Assembly: GCA_014376645.1 (NCBI GenBank)
Contig: JACMRD010000110.1
Location: forward strand, 14,470-78,469
Source: Herminiimonas sp.
GTDB lineage: Bacteria; Pseudomonadota; Gammaproteobacteria; Burkholderiales; Burkholderiaceae_D
Direction of reading: 5' to 3'
Length of the DNA: 64,000 nucleotides
Numbering within the stretch: position 1 is the first letter of the stretch; each line of letters opens with the position of its first letter. This document shows, in pieces, positions 20,035 through 28,123 of the stretch. The position numbers and the translations under genes are program-made. The notes beneath the pieces were generated by a model. It did no database searches and was not told the DNA's origin. It saw nothing but the letters and a program-made list of their open reading frames with translations.

Positions 20035-20325
20035 TCAGCGGCGCGCCGTGCCGCCGTGCTGGTCAACCAAGCTCTCCCCCGATCGGCATACTGCGGCAGC
20101 GCTCTCGCGCTTGCGGCAGGCGGCTTCATCGTCGACCTGGCTGCTGACCACAAAACCGTCATGCTCACTCACCAGGTACCACGACTGCCGTTCATACGTT
20201 GCCATGGTGCTGACCAGGCCCGTCTTGAACGTCAGGCCAAGCACCACCGCCACCAGCGCTGCCGCCCCCATGATGAAACGCGCCCGGCGTTCCAGATACG
20301 ACCAATTCAGTTTTGAGATGACCAT
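20035..20325 (-). CDS. small single-pass membrane protein, unknown function
   Basis: I trimmed the ORF to the ATG at 20325, which is preceded by a strong AAGGAGAAATTCA RBS. The TM segment is FIMGAAALVAVVLGLTF, and two Cys lie in the C-terminal part. Confidence 0.55.
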   Translation of the reverse strand: MVISKLNWSYLERRARFIMGAAALVAVVLGLTFKTGLVSTMATYERQSWYLVSEHDGFVVSSQVDDEAACRKRESAAAVCRSGESLVDQHGGTARR

Positions 20326-20414
20326 TGAATTTCTCCTTGGTAACGCAAAGATCATTGCATTCGATCAATTTGCGGCGTTCGTTTCTTGTGTCTCGTTGTG
20401 GTAATTGTCTTACC

Positions 20415-20428
20415 GATTCTTAAGAATC
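20415..20428. promoter_or_regulatory. perfect 14-bp palindrome GATTCTTAAGAATC
   Basis: Read directly. It lies 90 nt upstream of the small membrane protein start, in an AT-rich stretch. Confidence 0.3.
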
Positions 20429-20611
20429 TTGCGTTTCTGCTAATAACTCAAGAATAGCAACGCCGCACGCGGCGCGCAGCGTTCCCGGAACCGGGTCCGC
20501 GCTGGCGCCAATACCGGAAAAACGATGCCGGATGCCGCTGGCCGGCGCCCCACTTGTCGGGCCGACAAAACAAAAAAAAGACACAGTCATCTTTCTTGCA
20601 AGACAAACTTG

Positions 20612-20655
20612 AATTTGAGCAACTCTCTGTTTAGACTCAAATATTGATTTGAGTC
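20612..20655. promoter_or_regulatory. operator-like repeat set: AATTTGAGC half-site plus perfect inverted repeat GACTCAAAT-ATTG-ATTTGAGTC
   Basis: Read directly. The inverted repeat at 20634-20655 ends 6 nt before the GGAG RBS of the hydrolase gene. A third direct copy lies at 20612-20620. Confidence 0.4.
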
Positions 20656-20670
20656 AACTATGGAGCGGCG

Positions 20671-21846
20671 ATGGCCGATCGGATCCCTGGCGCACCCCGT
20701 ACCCTGCTTGCCGCATGGCGTCAGCTTGCATTGCGCTGGATGCTGGCTAGCGCGACGGTGGCCTTTGGCGCGCCGCTGCATGCGGCGCTCCCTGAGATCC
20801 GACTGGTCGAACAGGTCTCGATGCTCCCGATTACCTCCGGGCTGGCCCATGTCGAACTGGAAACCACACTTTACCGGCCACCGGGAGACGGCCCTTTCCC
20901 CGTATTAGTCATGAATCACGGTAAGGCGCCCGGCAACCCCCGCCTACAGGAACGCGATCGCTTCCTGGCAATCAGCCGGGAATTCGTCCGACGCGGGTAC
21001 GCAGTGGTTGTGCCGATGCGCAAGGGCTTCGCCCATTCAAGCGGGCACTATTCCGATGACGGTTGCAACCTGACGGTCAACGGCCAGAACCAGGCAAACG
21101 ATGTGCAGGGCGTGGTGGAGTATCTGAGAAAACAACCTTGGGTCGACCGCAACCGGATTGTGGTGGCAGGCCAATCGCATGGCGGTCTGACGGCGATGGC
21201 GTTGAGCGCCCGTAATCTGGCAGGGGTGCGCGGCGTGATCAATTTTGCCGGTGGGCTGCGCGCCGACAGCGGTAGCTGTCCCTGGAAAAGCGCGTTGCTC
21301 ACCGCCTTCGCCGAGTATGGCGCCAAATCGCGGATTCCCAGTCTCTGGTTCTACGGCGCCAACGACAGCTATTTCAACCCATCACTGGCTAGCCAGTTGC
21401 ACGAAGCGTTCGTCAGCGCCGGTGGAATGGCCAAACTAGTCGCCTTCGGTATGTTCAAGAACGACGCGCACGCAATGAGCGGAAGCCGAGACGGCGTGCG
21501 GATCTGGTGGCCGGAAACCGAGCGGTTTCTCAAGCAGATCGCCATGCCGACGGAAGAAATCGGCAACCTTGGAATCGATCCGCGACTGCCGCGGTCGGCC
21601 TACGCCGCCATTGACAATATTGACGCGATTCCGTATCTGCAGCAGCAAGGCCGTGAACAATACCGGGTGTTCCTCGCCAAGCCGACTCCGCGAGCGTTCG
21701 CCGTGTCCACCAGCGGTGGGTGGAGCTGGGCGGAAGATGGCGACGATCCGGTTGCCCGCGTTCTCCAGACGTGCCAGCGCAGCAGCGGCGAACCGTGCCG
21801 ACTGTATGCAGTCGATGACGACGTCGTCTGGACCGCGCCGCGCTGA
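20671..21846 (+). CDS. secreted alpha/beta hydrolase (dienelactone-hydrolase / S9-like) with an extra Cys-containing C-terminal domain
   Basis: There is a signal-like N-terminus (LALRWMLASATVAFGAPLHA) and a GQSHGG nucleophile elbow. The C-terminal roughly 100 aa (AFAVSTSGGWSWAEDGDDPVARVLQTCQRSSGEPCRLYAVDDDVVW) resembles DUF4189-type domains. Confidence 0.8.
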   Translation: MADRIPGAPRTLLAAWRQLALRWMLASATVAFGAPLHAALPEIRLVEQVSMLPITSGLAHVELETTLYRPPGDGPFPVLVMNHGKAPGNPRLQERDRFLAISREFVRRGYAVVVPMRKGFAHSSGHYSDDGCNLTVNGQNQANDVQGVVEYLRKQPWVDRNRIVVAGQSHGGLTAMALSARNLAGVRGVINFAGGLRADSGSCPWKSALLTAFAEYGAKSRIPSLWFYGANDSYFNPSLASQLHEAFVSAGGMAKLVAFGMFKNDAHAMSGSRDGVRIWWPETERFLKQIAMPTEEIGNLGIDPRLPRSAYAAIDNIDAIPYLQQQGREQYRVFLAKPTPRAFAVSTSGGWSWAEDGDDPVARVLQTCQRSSGEPCRLYAVDDDVVWTAPR

Positions 21847-21855
21847 CCTGACGCG

Positions 21856-22461
21856 CTATCCTGCAGCGCTGGCGTCGCGCCCGAGCAGTTGCGGGGGCAA
21901 CAGCGGGTCGAAATCTTCCCAGTCGCCGTTGACGATCGTGCCTTGCGCGTGCTCGATGTCTTGCGCACCGAGCTTGCGCAATACGGATACCGCATCGTTC
22001 TGCGAGGAGCCGCTATCGGTGCTGACGGCAACCATCAACCCCGACTCGCGCTGTTGCAGTTCATTGTCGACGACGTCGCCGCGACTGTCGTCGGCACTCG
22101 CATCTTCCTGTTCGCCTTTTTCTTTCATCTGCGTCAGGCTGCCGATCAGCCCACCGACGTGCGCGCCGACCAGTGCCCCGACAGCCGGCCCGACCGGTCC
22201 GAATACCGGTGCGCCTAGCATGCCGACGCCGGCGCCGACTGCACCGCCGGTCACGGCGCCCGCCGCGATCCCGGTACCGGCTTCGTGCGCACCAGGTGAC
22301 TCATCGCGGTCACCGCCCACCGAATACAGATTGTGCTGCCCCGGGGGATTCAGATAGAACGAACAAATGCGTTCAGCCGCAAAACCGGCGTCGACCAGCG
22401 CGTCGAGCGCCCGGGTGGCTTGGTCCTGCTCCTTGAAACGTCCGGCGATGATGTTGAACAT
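21856..22461 (-). CDS. glycine-zipper protein flanked by YflT-like small domains (stress-protein-like)
   Basis: It has an AAGGAAAA RBS. MFNIIAGRFKEQDQATRALDALVDAGF is followed by the Gly-zipper GIAAGAVTGGAVGAGVGMLGAPVFGPVGPAVGALVGAHVGGLIG, an acidic linker, and MVAVSTDSGSSQNDAVSVLRKLGA. Confidence 0.65.
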   Translation of the reverse strand: MFNIIAGRFKEQDQATRALDALVDAGFAAERICSFYLNPPGQHNLYSVGGDRDESPGAHEAGTGIAAGAVTGGAVGAGVGMLGAPVFGPVGPAVGALVGAHVGGLIGSLTQMKEKGEQEDASADDSRGDVVDNELQQRESGLMVAVSTDSGSSQNDAVSVLRKLGAQDIEHAQGTIVNGDWEDFDPLLPPQLLGRDASAAG

Positions 22462-22523
22462 GGTGTTTTCCTTCGTCGATTCTTTAACGGGTGGTGCTTG
22501 CGCCCATTACGCTACTCACGGGA

Positions 22524-22745
22524 TCAGGCTGTGGTACGCACTTCGATTTCAAATTCGCCGGATGACTCGGCTACCTTGCAGGCATACTGCTCGGCGTCTT
22601 CGATTGCATCGAAGCGGCGTGCTTGCTGCAGATCCGCGACCATCGCGTGGTCGCCTTCGCCGGTCGAGCCGACGTAGGGGCCATCGCCAACAGTGGTGGA
22701 TTTGGCTCGCAGGACGTAGTAGGTTGGGGAGGTTGGAATCGTCAT
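22524..22745 (-). CDS. hypothetical small protein (73 aa)
   Basis: I used the ATG at 22745 inside track ORF 22524..22757. Third codon positions are GC-rich, consistent with coding. I recognised no family. Confidence 0.4.
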   Translation of the reverse strand: MTIPTSPTYYVLRAKSTTVGDGPYVGSTGEGDHAMVADLQQARRFDAIEDAEQYACKVAESSGEFEIEVRTTA

Positions 22746-22806
22746 TGTTCTTTTCAAAAATTGTTCGCCAATGCGCCGTCACAGCGCCCAGGTCAGCGCC
22801 AACGGT

Positions 22807-22980
22807 TCAGAGCGGGTGAATTGCATCGTCGGTTCGGTTGCGCGAGGCTTCGCGCAGGTCTTCCGCCATGCGCCGGTCTTCGATCCGCTTGCGCATGATC
22901 AATGCATGGTGGGCCGCGCTCAGCGGCGGCGCTTTCATCAGGTCCTTCAGCGGCGCGGTGTTTTCATCGGTGTTTCGCAT
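22807..22980 (-). CDS. hypothetical small charged helical protein (57 aa)
   Basis: I used the ATG at 22980, which is preceded by AAAGAGG, inside track ORF 22807..23112. I recognised no family. Confidence 0.4.
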   Translation of the reverse strand: MRNTDENTAPLKDLMKAPPLSAAHHALIMRKRIEDRRMAEDLREASRNRTDDAIHPL

Positions 22981-23050
22981 GGAAGTCGCCTCTTTCAATA
23001 TCGTGGAAGGTGCGCCGAACGGTCGGGGTAGAGTAGACGTCCAGTAGCCT

Positions 23051-23290
23051 TCAACGCGCGGCGGCGGCGGCCTCGTGACGCAGGTTACGTTGCACGAGTG
23101 CGATGCGGGCACCGTGCGGATGTATGTATTGGTTCATGTTGCTGACGACACGTTCAGGTTGCAGCGGCTCGACTGGCGACTCCGGAATCCACATCACGAT
23201 CGCCGCCGTGGCAAGCGACACCGTCAGCATTAGCACGGCGCCGGTAACAATCAGGCGCACATTACGAAGTGTCAGAAAAATGGCGGGCAT
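23051..23290 (-). CDS. hypothetical small membrane protein
   Basis: One clear TM segment (LIVTGAVLMLTVSLATAAIVMW). Neither the ATG at 23290 nor the TTG at 23314 has a convincing RBS. Confidence 0.3.
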   Translation of the reverse strand: MPAIFLTLRNVRLIVTGAVLMLTVSLATAAIVMWIPESPVEPLQPERVVSNMNQYIHPHGARIALVQRNLRHEAAAAAR

Positions 23291-23440
23291 GGCGGGGTCC
23301 AGGTCGGCGTTCAAATCGTAAATAATGGATCGGGGCGCGCATCACTTGGTGCGGGTGTAGTCGCGAATTTCTGCACAATGTTTCGATTTTGCGCCCGGGC
23401 CGGCTGCAATTCTGTACGTTCCCCAACTTAGAGTGTCGAT

Positions 23441-23824
23441 ATGGCTCAGGCCGGCGGTGCGGACATCCCTACGGACGTTGCCTCAAATAAGCTAAACTCC
23501 GCTATCGTGAAGCCGCACCCCTTTTTTCTTCGTCTGCTCCTGACTCTCCTTCTGCTCGGTTCGCAGCAGATGGGGTTGGCGCATGCGATCGCCCACCTCG
23601 GCGAAGAAAGCCAGCGCGCATCCCAGGTCAAGCAGGTTCCGGCCGATAAGCTGTGTGAGCGATGCCTGGCATTCGCCCAGGTTGGCACGGCCGTCGACAC
23701 TGCGCCGCTGCGTTTCTTGGTGCCGGTCCTGGAAGAAAGCGTCCAGCTGGTCAATCTGGCGCACAGCGCGCCGCCCGCAACGCGCTGCTGCTTCCTCTCC
23801 CGCGCTCCACCCGCCCCCCTCTAG
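23441..23824 (+). CDS. membrane-anchored Cys/His protein, DUF2946-like
   Basis: The TM segment FFLRLLLTLLLLG is followed by LAHAIAHL and a CERC pair, plus CC near the C-terminus. The start codon is uncertain. Confidence 0.45.
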   Translation: MAQAGGADIPTDVASNKLNSAIVKPHPFFLRLLLTLLLLGSQQMGLAHAIAHLGEESQRASQVKQVPADKLCERCLAFAQVGTAVDTAPLRFLVPVLEESVQLVNLAHSAPPATRCCFLSRAPPAPL

Positions 23825-23890
23825 CATCACCCCATGCTGATGCTGCAGCGCGCTGCAGCCTTCACTTGTTCTTGATCTCGAGGAAATCTC

Positions 23891-25309
23891 ATGTTGAAAC
23901 ACACCGTACTGGCGACGGCGCTCGGCGCCGCGCTGGGCCTGCCCGCTCATGCGTGGGCGGCCAGCGACCAGGACCTGGCGCAGATCCGCGCCCAGATCCA
24001 GCAATTGAAATCAAACTATGAAGCGCGTATCCAGGCACTGGAAAAACGGTTGCAGGAGACCGAGAGCCGGTCGCCCGCCGCCGCTCTCGCGCAGACCACA
24101 CCGATACCAATACCAATTGCTGCGGCTGCGGCTGCGGCTGTGCCCGGTCCCGTGGCGCTTCCGGGTGGCGCCACTCCCGCCATGAACAACGCCTTCAATC
24201 CAAGCATCTCGCTCATCCTCGGCGGCACCTACGCCAACCTGTCGCAAAATCCGGACCGGTACCGAATCCAGGGCTTCATTCCGGGCGGCAACGTCGGACC
24301 CGGCAAGCGCGGCCTGAACCTGGGCGAATCGGAGCTCACCTTGGCGGCCAGCATCGATCCACGCTTCGCGGGCCAGATGACCTTTTCCCTTTCCCCGGAC
24401 AATACGGTGAGTGTCGAGGAAGCCTTTTTCCAGACTCGGGACCTGTCGAATGGCTTGAACCTGAAGGCCGGCCGCTTCCTCTCCGCGGTCGGCTATCTCA
24501 ACGGTCAGCATGCCCATACCTGGGATTTCGTCGATGCGCCGCTGGCTTACCAGGCTTTTTTCGGCGGCCAGTACAAACCCGATGGCGTGCAATTGCGCTG
24601 GCTGGCGCCGACCGATCAGTTCCTCGAGCTGGGCCTGGAAGCCGGCCGGGGCAGTACCTTCCCCGGCAATGACCGCAACCGCAACGGCATCGGCTCCACC
24701 GCGCTGTTCGCGCATCTGGGTGACGACATCGGCGAGTCCGCCAGCTACCGCGCCGGTCTGTCCTATTTGCGTACCAGCGCGGCGCAGCGCCGTTACGACG
24801 ATATTGATAGTGTCGGCAACGACGTGGTCAACGCCTTCACCGGCAACAGTTCGACCATCATTGCTGACGGCGTCTACAAATGGTCGCCCAACGGCAACCC
24901 CGTGCAGACCAATCTCAAATTACAGGGTGAGTACTTCCGCCGCACCGACCGTGGCAGCCTGAGCAGCGATGCCCCCGCGCAAAGCACGGGTTACCGAGCT
25001 GCGCAATCCGGCTGGTACCTGCAAGGCATCTACCAGTTCACCGCCGGCTGGCGCGCCGGATTGCGCTACGACCGGCTGCATTCGGGCACGCCTGAGTTCG
25101 GCGGCGGTACTGCCAGTGCTGCCAGCTTCTCGCAGCTGGCGTCCTACCAACCGCGCCGCGCGACCGTGATGCTGGACTACTCGCCGTCCGAATTCAGCCG
25201 CTTCCGCCTGCAGTTCGCGCAGGATCGGGCGCGGCCGGACGCTACCGACAATCAGATCTTCCTGCAATACATCATGAGCCTGGGCGCCCATGGCGCCCAC
25301 ACGTTCTAG
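23891..25309 (+). CDS. outer-membrane beta-barrel (porin-like) protein with an N-terminal coiled coil
   Basis: It has a GAGGAAA RBS and the signal peptide MLKHTVLATALGAALGLPAHAWA. A heptad-like DLAQIRAQIQQLKSNYEARIQALEKRLQE follows. Alternating beta-strand patterns continue to the C-terminal ...GAHGAHTF with an aromatic last residue. Confidence 0.7.
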   Translation: MLKHTVLATALGAALGLPAHAWAASDQDLAQIRAQIQQLKSNYEARIQALEKRLQETESRSPAAALAQTTPIPIPIAAAAAAAVPGPVALPGGATPAMNNAFNPSISLILGGTYANLSQNPDRYRIQGFIPGGNVGPGKRGLNLGESELTLAASIDPRFAGQMTFSLSPDNTVSVEEAFFQTRDLSNGLNLKAGRFLSAVGYLNGQHAHTWDFVDAPLAYQAFFGGQYKPDGVQLRWLAPTDQFLELGLEAGRGSTFPGNDRNRNGIGSTALFAHLGDDIGESASYRAGLSYLRTSAAQRRYDDIDSVGNDVVNAFTGNSSTIIADGVYKWSPNGNPVQTNLKLQGEYFRRTDRGSLSSDAPAQSTGYRAAQSGWYLQGIYQFTAGWRAGLRYDRLHSGTPEFGGGTASAASFSQLASYQPRRATVMLDYSPSEFSRFRLQFAQDRARPDATDNQIFLQYIMSLGAHGAHTF

Positions 25310-25319
25310 GAGCTGCATC

Positions 25320-26225
25320 ATGAAAAAAACTTTCTCCCTTCTCTTCGCCGTCACGGTCTCATTGGCGGCGCCATCGGCTTTCGCGGCCCTCAACGTGCTC
25401 GCCTGCGAACCGGAATGGGCGGCACTGGCCACCGAAATCGGCGCTGACCGCATCAAGGCCAGCAGCGCCACCACGGCCCTGCAGGACCCGCACCGCATCG
25501 AAGCCCGGCCGAGCCTGATCGCCCGCACCCGCAACGCCGATTTGCTGGTCTGCACCGGCCTCGAGCTCGAGGTCGGCTGGCTGCCGATCCTGCTGCAGCA
25601 ATCCGGCAACGCGAAAATCGCACCCGGTCAGCCCGGCAATTTCGAAGCCGGCAGCGTGGTCGCCCGCTTGGATATACCGACCAGGCTCGACCGCAGCGAC
25701 GGCGACGTCCATGCGGCTGGCAATCCGCACATTCAGCAAGACCCGCGCAACATACTCAAGGTGGCCGAGGCCCTGACCAGACGCCTGACGGAAATCGACG
25801 CGCCGAATGCGGCCTTCTACCAGTCGCGCCTGGCCAATTTTGCCGGCCGCTGGACTGCCGCCATGCAGAAATGGGATCAACAGCTGGCACCGCTGAAGGG
25901 CACGCCTGTCGTCGAGCACCACAAGAACATGGAATACCTGCTGAGCTGGGCCGGACTGCGCCAGGTCGGCGCGCTGGAGCCAAAACCCGGGGTCGAACCG
26001 AGCGCCGCGCACCTCAACGAACTGCTCGGCCAGCTCCAGCGGCAACCGGCAAAAATGGTGCTGCGCGCCGCCTACCAGGATGGTCGCGCATCGGAGTGGC
26101 TGTCGCAGCATGCGAGGATTCCAGCAGTGGTGCTGCCCTTCACGGTCGGCGGCGATGAGCGCGCCAAGGATCTGTTCTCCCTGTTCGACGACACCGTCGC
26201 CCGCTTGCTGGAAGCGGCGAAATGA
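25320..26225 (+). CDS. periplasmic metal-binding protein, ZnuA/TroA (cluster A-I) family
   Basis: I trimmed the ORF to the ATG at 25320 after AGGAG, 10 nt after the OMP stop. The signal peptide is MKKTFSLLFAVTVSLAAPSAFA. Candidate ligand motifs are ACEPEW, DPHRIEARPS and GNPHIQQDP. It has no His-rich loop. Confidence 0.8.
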   Translation: MKKTFSLLFAVTVSLAAPSAFAALNVLACEPEWAALATEIGADRIKASSATTALQDPHRIEARPSLIARTRNADLLVCTGLELEVGWLPILLQQSGNAKIAPGQPGNFEAGSVVARLDIPTRLDRSDGDVHAAGNPHIQQDPRNILKVAEALTRRLTEIDAPNAAFYQSRLANFAGRWTAAMQKWDQQLAPLKGTPVVEHHKNMEYLLSWAGLRQVGALEPKPGVEPSAAHLNELLGQLQRQPAKMVLRAAYQDGRASEWLSQHARIPAVVLPFTVGGDERAKDLFSLFDDTVARLLEAAK

Positions 26226-26992
26226 CGGCCCAGCCGAGTGATCTGCTGATCGTTCTACCGGCCTTTCTGGCCGGTCTGCTGGTACTGGCCACCCACGTGC
26301 CGTTGGGCGCCCAGGTCTTGAAACGGGGCATCGTCTTCATCGACCTTGCCATTGCGCAGATCGCAGCGCTCGGCGTGATCGTGGCCGGCATGGGCGATCT
26401 CGATCCGCAAGGCTGGATGGTGCAGGCAGCCGCCGGCGTAGCGGCCATGCTCGGCGCGGTGCTGCTGACATGGACCGAGCGACGCTGGCCGGAAGTCCAG
26501 GAAGCGCAAATCGGCGTGCTGTTCATTTTGGCTGCTACCGGCGGTCTGCTGCTGCTGGCGCACAATCCACACGGCGGCGAGCATTTGCGCGACCTGCTCG
26601 CTGGCCAGATCCTATGGGTACGCTACGACCAACTGGTGTTCCCGGCCGTGGCGGCGGTGCTGATCATCGGTTTGCTGGGGGTGATGGGTGAACGCATCGG
26701 GCGGCTTGGCTTCTATCTCGTCTTCGCGCTGGCGGTGACGGTATCGGTCCAGCTGGTGGGCGTCTATCTGGTGTTCGCCAGTCTGATCGTACCCAGCCTC
26801 GGGGTGCGCAATTACCCGGCGCGACGCCGCCTGCCATTGGCTTATCTGATCGGCATCGGCGGGTACGCGGTGGGTCTGGTACTGTCCACCTGGTTCGACC
26901 TGCCATCGGGCGCACTGATCGTCTGGTGCCTGGCGCTGCTGGCCATCGTGGTGCACGCATTCGGCCCGGGACGCAGCCCGGCATGGGATTGA
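26222..26992 (+). CDS. ABC-3 family metal transporter permease (ZnuB-like)
   Basis: Its start overlaps the binding-protein stop in an ATGA arrangement. Multi-TM. It has HVPLGAQVLKRGIVFIDLAIAQIAALG and EAQIGVLFILAATGGLLLLA...DLLAGQILWV motifs as in ZnuB/MntB-type permeases. Confidence 0.85.
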   Translation: MTAQPSDLLIVLPAFLAGLLVLATHVPLGAQVLKRGIVFIDLAIAQIAALGVIVAGMGDLDPQGWMVQAAAGVAAMLGAVLLTWTERRWPEVQEAQIGVLFILAATGGLLLLAHNPHGGEHLRDLLAGQILWVRYDQLVFPAVAAVLIIGLLGVMGERIGRLGFYLVFALAVTVSVQLVGVYLVFASLIVPSLGVRNYPARRRLPLAYLIGIGGYAVGLVLSTWFDLPSGALIVWCLALLAIVVHAFGPGRSPAWD

Positions 26993-27081
26993 TGCGGGGT
27001 CGATGCCGGCAGGCCTACGAGGACGCCAGCTTCCAGCTGCCGCCTGGCAGCTGATTCATTACACTTCTGAAGAGTTTTTAC

Positions 27082-28089
27082 ATGGCGCATCCGCATCTAC
27101 CACACGAGCCTGCCCCGGATCATGGCGACCACGATCACGACCATCACAATGATCGCGGCCACGATCATGGCGCGCATGGTCATGGTCATGGTCATGGTCA
27201 CGCCCATGCACCGAAAAATTTTGGCACGGCTTTCGCCATCGGGATCGCGCTCAATACCGGCTTCGTCATTGCCGAAGTGGTGTACGGCCTGACGGCAAAC
27301 TCGCTGGCATTGCTGGCCGACGCCGGACACAATCTGTCGGACGTCCTTGGCCTGCTGCTGGCGTGGGGCGCCAGCGTCCTGGCGCGGCGGGTGCCTTCCT
27401 CGCGCTTTACCTACGGGTTGCGCAGCACCTCGATCCTGGCGGCACTGATCAACGCGGTCCTGTTGCTGACCGTGACCGGCGGCATTGCCTGGGAGGCGAT
27501 TCAGCGCTTTGGCCATCCGGACGAAGTGCAGAGCATGACCGTAATCGTGATCGCCGCCATCGGCGTGGTCATCAACACGGCCACGGCGCTCATGTTCATG
27601 CGCGGCGGCGACGACGACCTCAACATTCGCGGCGCCTTCCTGCACATGGCGGGCGATGCATTGATATCACTCGGAGTGGTGGTGGCGGGCGTGGTGATCA
27701 TGTACACCGGCTGGCTGTGGCTCGACCCGGCGGTCAGCCTGGTGATCGCGTTGCTGGTCGTGGTGGGCACCTGGGGTTTGCTGCGCGACTCGACCCATCT
27801 GGCGCTGCAGGCAGTGCCGCAAGGCTTGCCCGCCGATAAAGTGCGGGCCTACCTCAATGCCCTCCCCGGCGTGGCGGCGATTCACGACCTGCATATCTGG
27901 GGCATGAGTACGACCGAGGCGGCGCTCACCGTCCACATGGTCATGCCGGCGGGCTATCCGGGAGACGCCTTCACGTGCAAGGTGGCCGATGAATTGCAGC
28001 ACAAGTTCGCTATCGGCCATGCCACGATTCAGGTTGAGACCGGCGACGCCGGGTCGCCCTGCAAGCTGGCGCCGGAGCACATCGTCTGA
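27082..28089 (+). CDS. czcD: cation diffusion facilitator family exporter (CzcD/ZitB-like) with a His-rich N-terminus
   Basis: The N-terminus is HGDHDHDHHNDRGHDHGAHGHGHGHGHAH. SLALLADAGHNLSDV and AFLHMAGDALISLGV are the CDF TM2/TM5 metal-site motifs. The HDLHIWGMSTTE C-terminal domain is present. Confidence 0.9.
   Translation: MAHPHLPHEPAPDHGDHDHDHHNDRGHDHGAHGHGHGHGHAHAPKNFGTAFAIGIALNTGFVIAEVVYGLTANSLALLADAGHNLSDVLGLLLAWGASVLARRVPSSRFTYGLRSTSILAALINAVLLLTVTGGIAWEAIQRFGHPDEVQSMTVIVIAAIGVVINTATALMFMRGGDDDLNIRGAFLHMAGDALISLGVVVAGVVIMYTGWLWLDPAVSLVIALLVVVGTWGLLRDSTHLALQAVPQGLPADKVRAYLNALPGVAAIHDLHIWGMSTTEAALTVHMVMPAGYPGDAFTCKVADELQHKFAIGHATIQVETGDAGSPCKLAPEHIV
27175..27198 (+). repeat. (CATGGT)x4 coding microsatellite (HGHGHGHG)
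   Basis: Read directly inside the czcD 5' region. Confidence 0.9.
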
Positions 28090-28123
28090 CGGCTCGGTCG
28101 TGGGCGCGGCCGCTCGATCGCGA

